From Pseudovirgaria hyperparasitica (taxonomy: Eukaryota), in assembly GCA_010093815.1 (NCBI GenBank), contig ML996591.1: 64,000 nucleotides of DNA. One strand, written 5' to 3'. The notes under the pieces were generated by a model. The model was not told where the DNA came from and ran no database searches. It saw only the letters and a list, made by a program, of their open reading frames with translations. This document shows positions 11,601 to 21,169 of this stretch, piece after piece; position 1 is the first letter of the stretch; each line of letters opens with the position of its first letter. The translations under genes were made by a program, and so were the position numbers.

Positions 11601-14600
11601 ATACAAGTTTGACCACTCCCAGTCATTTTGGCATGAAAGTGAAGTCTCCCGGAACCACAGACTTCGCTCGCACAAACATATTCCGCTCTTAGGGAAGAGG
11701 TCACGGGAATGGAACCCTCTCCAACCGCAGTGGAGGTGTAGGCTCAGAGTGGCAGAATTGGCATGGGTATTGGATCATAGGATCAGTTCACAGACTATGC
11801 TTCCCGCTTCAGCGATGGTATCAATGGCAATCTCAGCTGTTACACAACTCACAGACGATGTTGAACACAAGTCTGCATTTGTTGTGCGAAATATGCACAT
11901 CAAATATCCCGTGATATTTTCAAAAGACACAGATGACATAGAGCTGAGACTGTCGATGTATCCGATCGACACACAGCAAAGAAAGAAGCCATGCGCTTGG
12001 AGATTTTCAGTGTTTTGTCGACAACAAAACCACTGGACCGAATGTTCTGATGGCTCTGTGAGCGTCGAGTACGACCATGGAAGGCAAGCTGAGGCTGAGA
12101 TTGGGTGTCACTATAAGCGGCGCCGTATTGCCCATGAGGCCTTATGTGCGCAAGATGTGCTACCCAAGGACCTTTACGAGTCTTGGCAAAGTCAAGGATA
12201 CCACTATGGGCCTAGCTTCCAAGGAATTACTAGTGCAAAATTCAACGGAGACCGAACTGCCACTGCTATCATTGACATACCTGAGGCACTGGCTATGGAC
12301 GAGGACTTCGCAGATTATCTCTTACACCCCGCAAGCCTCGACACTGTGATGCATATGGGTCTTGTTGCTCTAACATATGGAGCAACGCGCAATATCCCTA
12401 GCCAGGTTCCGGCTTATATTGATAGCTTATGGATCTCTGCGGCTCCTAAGTTACAGACCATAAAGCTTGAGGCTTCAGCTGAAGTATTGTCACAAAATGA
12501 TCAAAGCAGTGTGACCGATATATTTGCACTGGATCATCTTGACTCGTCGTTGCATGTTGTAGTTAAAGGAATCACTACTAAGACTGTCGCAGGTTTTGAC
12601 TCCAATATTTTGTCAAAAAGTCTTCAAAAGGGTTGCTTCTACCACGTGGACTCATTCTTGGACATAGAGAAGATGCCGCCTCATCAGCTTCAAAAGTTTC
12701 TTCAGCCTCCAGCCGGAGAAGAAGATATGGCAATCGACTTCTGGGAAGCTGTCCGAGAATATGTGGAATACATTTTGAAAGGATTTCGACATCACAAGAT
12801 CTCCAGCCGATTGAGCAAGCAGCAGCCTCATCTCGCTCGCTACTTAAAATGGGTCAATTGGGTACTTCGAGACACTGATGCTCGATCCAGCCCAAGTAAG
12901 ATTAGCATTGAAGAATGCAGATCTCGACTGGAGTCACAAGGGCCACTTGGTTTATTATATCTAGAGGCTGGGCAGAAGTTGTCGCACATTCTGAACGGAG
13001 GCACGAACCTATTGGATCCACGTTCCAACTTCAAAGAAAATCCAGCAGGAATTTATCACAAGGAGATGTCGTTAAACTCGACTTACATGGAGAGAGCATC
13101 AAGATATATCCGCTTTCTGGCCCTGAAGAACCCTGATATCAAAATCCTGGACATAGGCGATGGTACCCGGTCTTTCACTCATCATATCGAACATGCCCTA
13201 TGGGATGATGCTGTAGGAGTGGACTTATTCTCTGACTACGTCTATGCGGACATATCATTGGTCTCGCTACAGCGAGCTCAAGCCCGATTGGGTCCAAATC
13301 ATCCGAAAATGATCTTTAAGACGCTAGACATTGAGCAAGATCCTATATATCAGGGATTCGACAAGTCTAGCTTCGACATAATTGTAGCGTCGAACGTGCT
13401 TCATGCAACGAGTAGCCTCATCACAACAATGCAACGAGTGCGCAAGCTTTTAAAACCAGGTGGACAATTGATACTTCATGAAATAACACAGCCAACGAGG
13501 ATCGAGCCAGGTTTCATCCTTGGGCTGACCAATGGTTGGTGGCGCGCAGAGACAGACGGGTGCCGTATGAGTCGGCTACTTTCCGAAGAACAGTGGTCCG
13601 ATCTGTTCCAATCAAGCGGCTTTGCAGGTCCGCACCTTGTTCTGCACGACTTCGAGAATCCAGTGATCCAGTTCAACAGTATATTCTGTGCGACTACTGT
13701 TGCGGATCCAGATATAGATCCAGTTGCTCTGCAAATACCCCATCAACCTTCTGTAACACTTGTTACCTCGGGATCGCACATGGAATTAAAGTTGGGTAAA
13801 CGGATTCAGGAAGAATACTCTGACTTCGATTATCGCCCTGTCTGTATCTCAACTCTGGAAGAAGTTTCTGAATCGGAAGGAGCGTCGAACGAGCAACTCG
13901 TCTTCCTAATAGACATATACGAGCCATTCTTGCGGACTATGACAGCAGTGAAGTTTGACCTACTGAGAAACGTCTTCCGCCGCGCTAAACACGTCATTTG
14001 GGTATCATCCGGTGGAGGGACCGCCTCGGATCCAAATTACGGCATGATCGATGGATTTGTTAAGGTGCTAAGGATTGAGATGAACGTTACCGTTTCGACC
14101 TTGACACTGGAATGTAGTAAACGAAGCATTGAAGACCAAGCGAGGCACGTGTGCCAAATAGTTCATGCGCACGGGTCCTGCTCTCCAGGGGTTCAAGAAG
14201 AATACTGCATCGTTGATGATAATATTCATATTCGACGTATAACCGAAGCTTCACCTATTTCGGGCCAGATGTCAGCTATCGCCAACGGGACAGAATTGAA
14301 AACGCAAGACACGATCTCGGCAAGACCTTTTGCCATAAAACGCTCAGCTGATGGACGTATAAGATGTGAATCGATGTCTCCGGGTCATCCCACGCTAAGA
14401 GACAATGAAATAGAAATTGAAGTGCAAGCCTTGGGCCTCGAAAAGACAACTCTCAAACATGAAAGGTTTGAGCCAGAAAACGATGTTCCACTTTGCGAAG
14501 GATCAGGTGTTGTAACACATGTAGGACATAGTGTACAACTTCAGCGAGGAGATCGTGTGTGTTTTCTGGCGCATGTCCTTCCGTTGTCCAATGTCAGAGT

Positions 14601-16488
14601 TCGACAGACACAGGCAGTCCGATTTCCAAACGATATGGACTATTCAACGGCGGCTACGCTACCGAAAGACCTACTTGTATCATATGTGCTAACCACCAAG
14701 CTTTTACGAATAAACAGTAACAGTACTGTACTGATTCACGGTGGTTCTGCATCTTTCGTACGAGCATTACTGCATATCGTGCAGCCGCTTGGCCCTCAAC
14801 TGTTCATCACAACAGAGACGGATTGTACTACGGAGGAACTCTGCCAGTATCAGTGCACTGTCTTACCTACGCCGTGCTCATCACAGTATCTCTTCGCGAT
14901 GAAACCCAAAGGCGCAGATGTTGTCATAGATATTGGCATGGCGACGGGCATCGACGACGCATCAACGTATACTTCCAAATTCGGGCAGTACTTTCGCTTG
15001 CGCATGGACCTGGATTGTGATCTGCCGCAAGCTCAAACGTCTAATTTGTCGAAGCACGCTATTGCATTTTCCATGACATACGACTCCATCCTATCGCACT
15101 ACTATAATGAGGACAACTGCCTGACCTCGGCCGCACAATACATTCGTCAGCAAGGTATGGGTCATCAAAAGGCTCCGGTGTTTGCTTTGCAGGATGCCGA
15201 AGACGCGCTTGAAATGCTGAAGCCGGGATATGTCGAAAAGACGATCCTAGAGCTCAAGAATGATGACAAAATCACACTTCATACGCCCATTGCTGATAAG
15301 GCGATATTTGATGCCACGGCAACCTATGTAGTAGCCGGGGCTTTCGGTGCTTTAGGTCAAGCAGTAGTGCGATGGATGGCGCGGAACAATGCTAAGTACA
15401 TGATACTACTATCCCGGTCCGGTGCCCGAACACCTGAAGCAAAGATGATGCTTCAAGACTTCCGAGGGGCAGGAATTGAAGTCGCGGCGCCCATCTGCGA
15501 TATCTCGCATTACGACACTCTGCGTAGTGTCTTATCCGAGATCTCAGCGACGATGCCAAGAATCAAGGGTTGCATCCAAGCATCTGGCATCCTGAATGTA
15601 GGTACACTTTTCCGTTCAGGTATGACACGATACTAACGTAATTTCCAGGATAAAGCCTACGAGAAGATGGACTTCGAAGACTGGAATAGCGTGACCAGGC
15701 CTAAAGTTGACGGATCTTGGAATCTGCATGAAATTCTTCCTCAAGGCATGGATTTCTTCATTATGACATCTTCACTATCTGGTGTGCTTGGGCAAGCGAC
15801 ACAGATGAACTACGCTGCCAGCAGTACCTATCAAGATGCACTTGCACGCTATAGAGTGTCTAAAGGAGAGAGGGCAGTCTCAATCGATCTTGGCGCTCTT
15901 CTGACCGGAGGACTTCTGGACAGTATCATGCTTGAACGTTTTGTCCGATCAGGCCTCTACATACCAATTCCAGAGCAAGACGTATTGGCATTGCTTGAGA
16001 TCTACTGTCGGGACGGTACTCTGGCTGATAGCTCATCTAAGTGCCAGGTTATCACTGGCGTCAAGAAACCAGTCGATAGCGTTGCGGAAGGTCATTATTT
16101 GTCTGAAGCGCTGCAAACGCCTTTGTGGAGCTTAATGCGTGTCACTCACGGACGCAAAACCTCGACCTCAGGGCTTGCCCGTGAGGATAGCACTCTGAAA
16201 GAGCAGGTGAATGAAGCAGCGACTGATATCGAGGCAGCAGCGATCGTAACAAATGCCTTGTCAGAGCGCTTTGCGTCACTCCTTCTACTACAAGTGGATA
16301 AAATAAATCCAGACAAACCTTTTCACAGTCTCGGCGCAGACTCACTGGTTGCAATCGAAGTTCGTAACTGGACTCTGAAAAACTTTGAGGTAGATATCCC
16401 GGTATTCGATTTGCTGGGGGACAGGACTATCAACATAACTGCAACATATCTAGCACAAACCCAGCGATCCAAGAATTCTGCATCATAA
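8678..16488 (+). CDS. Iterative highly reducing type I PKS, KS-AT-DH-cMT(degenerate)-ER(degenerate)-KR-ACP, ~2567 aa
   Basis: Exons 8678-9677, 9734-15597, 15649-16488. KS DSACSSS, EAHGTGT (across intron 1), GHLEGAAG; AT GQGAQW, GHSMGE, AYHS; DH DHRISSQTMLP and HPASLD; MT-like ILDIGDGTRS; ER-like LIHGGSASFV; KR GAFGALG and QMNYAAS; ACP GADSLVAIEVRNW. Confidence 0.97.
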
Positions 16489-16494
16489 CGGAGG

Positions 16495-17166
16495 CTACTC
16501 GCTTGTTATGTCTTTCTTGGCTAAGAATTGGCCATCCTTCAGTGCGGGAACAGAACCTGCGCTCCCTATATTCGTCATCATCGTGACATAGATATATGCT
16601 GCAACCAAATGACCGACGCTCGCCACCTTTCCCTTCCCAAGTACGCTCTCCGCAGCTTGGAAGTCTTCATCCGGTAGTGGTGCTCGAGACTTGGCCAACT
16701 TCAGAGCTAGTTTGTACACAACAGCCTCTGGTTCCTCTAGGCCGTCCGGACACTTGCCACTCACGGCCTGCTTGATCTGTAGTTCCGAGAACCCTACTTT
16801 TCGCGCAATCTGCGAATGAGCATAGAGCACAAACGGGCAGTCGCAAGCTGCAAGCACGGCGAGACAGCCGAGCTCGCGCTCCTTCATGGTGAAGCATTTC
16901 TGGAATACAAATGCGTTTGCGAGGTTAAACCAGGAGTCTATCAATTCGGGGGTATAGCTGTGATTGGGAGCTCAGCAATTGTATAGTTTATATTTGAATT
17001 AGAGAGATACATACTAGAGAGACGCATACGGGCCCATCAATGAGTCGTTTTCATCTTTCCAGACTAGCCCAGGGATCTTGCTGAACTCGAAATCGAACAC
17101 TCTAGCCTCCAGGTCTTGCTGTTCTGGAGTGAGAGACTCCGGTGAAGGTTTTGGGAATCGAGACAT
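16495..17166 (-). CDS. Carboxymuconolactone decarboxylase (CMD)/AhpD-fold protein
   Basis: Exon1 17166-17015 (MSRFP...LTPEQQ...LMGPYASL), intron 17014-16958, exon2 16957-16495 with ERELGCLAV...YAHSQIARKVGFSELQI, typical of fungal CMD-family proteins. Confidence 0.82.
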
Positions 17167-17599
17167 GATTGTTTGAAATACGTGCGAAGCTTGGATGTGG
17201 TTGGAAGAAGGTTTGGGGAAAGCTGTATGGAGTGCGACCGGTGTGGTCTTTATATGATAGTTAGCAGACCTCAAGCCAATCAGAGGATCGATATTGGTCC
17301 GTACATCCTTGCAAATCTGGCTAACTTAGGGTCCTGAATCCTAGGCTAGTGTGTGCTTGTTTCAGATAACCCCAGTCGTACATGATATCTCTGGCGTGGC
17401 TTCCATATCAAGCATAGGTAGACGCGAAGGCTGCTATAACTGTTGTGTAATCAAGACAGATGAGGTAGTAGGTCATATTAACAAAGGTTAAGAGAGATCC
17501 TTTGGTTACAGGCTGTATGATATAGAAGTGTGAGGATTACTCCATCTCATGACCACAAATTGACGCGCCGCTGGGGGTCATTTTGTTTATTTTAGGTCT

Positions 17600-18300
17600 C
17601 GATACTGAGTGAGCTTCACGAAAGACTGAACCATAGAATGGGCTTTCTAGAGTTATACATTCTTATTGTTAGGGGCAAGGCGAGAGTTGGAGAAAGTCTT
17701 CAGTGTATAATAGATAATCACATAATTATGTAGAAGTCTTAGGAGAAGCACTTAACAATAGGAAAATCTTAAAAAGGAAAGGATCAAGTCTCATTGAAGC
17801 TGTATTTAATGTTAGACTTTTTGAAAGTTTTCGGACATGGAGGGTAATATGAATAGGTAGTGTTTAGAAATTGCTTAATTCAATGGTTGCTTTGTTTGGT
17901 CATTACAAGTATAAAATTAAATGAGAGGTTATAAAACTGATATGTACTCCTACATATATTCTATTAGGACTTGAAAAAGATACTTCGGAAACATTCAGGA
18001 CCTCATAAGCATACCTCAGGTCTCGTCGTACAAATACTTGAGTATTCGGAGGTATACTATATGTGTTTATCACCCAGCCGATCCAGTCTGTATCTTTTGT
18101 AAGGATAGTTCGTGTGTTAGATGACAGACAGGTTGAATTAATAATCAGACATGTCTATTCTATTCTTTGAAGTAGGTAACAATTATAGATATTTATAGGA
18201 AATTTGAATACAAAAGTCAGGATGTAGACTTAAGTTGAATTCGTAAAAGTAATTAAGAAGACGCTTCAATATCACAGATGAGTCCTCAATACCATTCCTA
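17600..18300. other. AT-rich non-coding tract at the right border of the PKS cluster
   Basis: Visibly lower GC than flanks, no ORF >=60 aa; RIP dinucleotide bias is weak so origin is uncertain. Confidence 0.35.
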
Positions 18301-18837
18301 CATACATGATGGGTCCCATCACGTAGCGCGAGGCATATTCTCGAACCGAGTATAGATGCTTCCTAAAGTTACTTCATCAAGCCCCGGTCTTATATCTACG
18401 CCGATAACCCCTCTTATTCCAACCGAATTCTTAGTTTCGCGCAGGTAACATCACGCTTAGATGCCAAGCTTCCTTCACCATTCAGATATCTGTGCGGAGT
18501 CTTGTTTATGGCCGCTACGTGCGTTCTGCTTACATGGTATGGTATCTTATTGCTTCCAACATCTTCTATGCCAATGTATAGAGCCCTGCCATTCTTGGCT
18601 GTCCAATCTACGGCCGTAATTACTAATGTACATCTTCTCTATCTCGGCTTCCGCAGCATTAGTAATGCTTCCAGCCATGCTTGATCGAGTATCTCATAAA
18701 TAACTGCTCCGACCACTGGTACACGACCCTTGTCACCAACCAAATCATCGTGTAGTCATTTCGAAATATCTTAACAGAGTACCGATCATATAATCTCTCC
18801 GTACCTCTCTTATCCTGCTACTTCCAGACCATCAGCA

Positions 18838-19254
18838 ATGTCCCACCTCGAATACTCTGCATACCCGGGCTTCGGCACCCACGCCGCTGCAAACACACAC
18901 TACAGCCAAACAGTGCGCGTCGGCGACATTATCAAAGTCGCCGGTCAAGGCGGCTGGATCCACTCCTCCAGCCCTCCGGCCTTTCCCCCCAACGCAAGCG
19001 TTTCTTCCGAGATTGAGCGCGCGTTCTCGAATGTGCAGACGGCCCTCGTGCATGCTGGATCGGCTGGCTGGGCACAGGTTTATGCTCTGCGAGTCTATGT
19101 GACGGAGCTGAGCGATGAGATGAGTGCAGGTATTATCGGGGAGCTGCGCAAGTGGTGCCCTGGGCATAGGCCAGTCATGACGGTTGTGGAGGTCAAGGGG
19201 TTGTTTGCGGATATGCGGATCGAGATCGAGGTTGAGGCACACTTGGGAGGTTAA
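18838..19254 (+). CDS. Rid/YjgF/YER057c/UK114 family protein (non-RidA type)
   Basis: Intronless 138 aa; YSQTVRVGD..VAGQGGW, AFSNV..AL, C-terminal MRIEIEVEA. Confidence 0.9.
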   Translation: MSHLEYSAYPGFGTHAAANTHYSQTVRVGDIIKVAGQGGWIHSSSPPAFPPNASVSSEIERAFSNVQTALVHAGSAGWAQVYALRVYVTELSDEMSAGIIGELRKWCPGHRPVMTVVEVKGLFADMRIEIEVEAHLGG

Positions 19255-19403
19255 GATGAAGGGAAAACAGGGGGAGGACTTAAGAGGTATATTTATATAC
19301 AACATATGTATAGCGTGCCTCCTATCGGTGAAATATGTACAATGAATATCCCTTTACCCTTTCCTTCAGTCATGCAATCATGTCATCGTGTCTTGAATGC
19401 GCA

Positions 19404-19947
19404 TTATTTTCTTCCCGCATTCGGACTCCCGGGAGCAGGGTTGAAGTCGATGTGTCCCGGGGCATCGGTAGGGGCAGGGTTGGGAGCACAAAGCGTAGCT
19501 CCAACGGGTCCGAGATGGCCCCCAATGCAGCCCTCCGCACCGCCTTGGTTGATATAACCCCCGGCCGTGCCCTGCGCAATGTCGCCAATGTTGCCGGCAA
19601 GATGGCCCGCAGCGCCCTGTCCTCCAGCACTGCTCTGAAGCACACCCGCGAGCTCACCGTGACCGGGTCCCAGGTTGATGAAGCCCTCGCCTCCGACTTG
19701 GTCCTGTAGGAAATTGGGTTAGTTGGCTGCCATTAGGGAATCTGGGAGGAAGAGATGCACGTACGACACCGGCGGAGTTCTTGCCCTCGATGGGGAGGAG
19801 CTGGAATTGGAAGGGCTCGCTGGTGTATGAGGCCTGTGGGACGCGGACCTCGTTGGGAGCCTTGACGACGGCGACAGGGGCTGGTGTGATGAGGGGTGAA
19901 GCGGTTGCGCCGAGGGCGAAGGCGAAAGCGAGGATGACTTGAACCAT
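19404..19947 (-). CDS. Small secreted glycine-rich protein (~160 aa, 2 Cys), candidate effector
   Basis: Exon1 19947-19765 (signal peptide MVQVILAFAFALGATASP), intron 19764-19704 (GTACGT...CTAAC...CAG), exon2 19703-19404 in frame (DQVGGEGFINLGPGHG...NAGRK*). Confidence 0.8.
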
Positions 19948-21169
19948 GGTGTCTGTCTGATTGAGATTTTGATCGAGGTACAATGGTAGTTCGAGTCCTT
20001 GAGTCGAGAGAGGAATGGATGGATTCCAGAGGTTGTTCGAAGGTTTATATGCCTCCAGATACGGTGTGCATCGAGCGTCCCGCATACCCGCATCCAGACC
20101 AGAAAGCCATACAGCGTGAACGGGGATCTACAATGTCTGGTCTGTTGTTCCGACTGAATTATCAGCACCAGGCGGGAGATATACCGCGGCTTCTCTATAG
20201 CTTGTCACTGGCTTATTCCACTTAGCGTGAGATCATCACATTCGTAGCGAGCTAATACCCTAAGAGCGACCCTCAGAGGTATAATTGCCCTCCATAACAC
20301 TCAAGCGTCTTGCGGGGTACATCTTCGTAGAGCTATTCGTCGAATCGCTGATATGATAGTGTCTTGTTCGGGTGAAAACTGAATTGGCTGCATATGCGCA
20401 ATGGAAAATCCCGTGGCGCCTTCAGGGCAACATGGTAAATTCCCGCCATCTAGTCGTGGATTATTCGATCTTTGTTTGTCTGATTCTACTGGTTTTGTGT
20501 CGTCCTGACTTCAAGCTCGTATACCTTCATGTGCTATGCGGGTGCTGTGACCATCGTGAAGCTATCGTATGGACACGAACGCCAGTGGTGAGAGGTCAAG
20601 ACAGTAGAGCGTACTTTCGTATAATATCAAATTCAGTGATGCCGTACCATGCCCCCTCACGACAAGTAAGAACGACTTGATGCAGGACTGAAACATTTCT
20701 CGAAGCCACCACTTGGGACCGGACTCATGCTTTAGCGTGTGATTTTACGGGATCTGCCTCGGCTTAAAATGTCATGCCTCCACGTGGAACGCCACATGAT
20801 GGACTTAGAAAATGTGAGCCTGGTCTGAAAGCTCGAAGCCGTAGTAGGCGTAACAACAATGCTGTGAGCTTGTGAAGATGGAGGCTCATGCTTCCGGACG
20901 ATCGTCTTCAGGGATGGTTTAGTGGCCGCATGCCAAGATTTCTTATAAACTGGGGTTGATTTGGAAACAAGCTTCGCGGGGTAAATGCATGTGTGTTTAT
21001 GCGAAGGAGCCGTTGCAGTGCGGGTGGTCAGTATATCGCTGACATGTATCACGGTTGTTAAAGTTGTTAGATGGGTCGGATGGTTCGCCAGATGTGCTAC
21101 CCCAAAACATCATTGTTGGAACACAGAGATGAGCCGTAGGATTTGACATTTGTGCTAATACTGACCATC

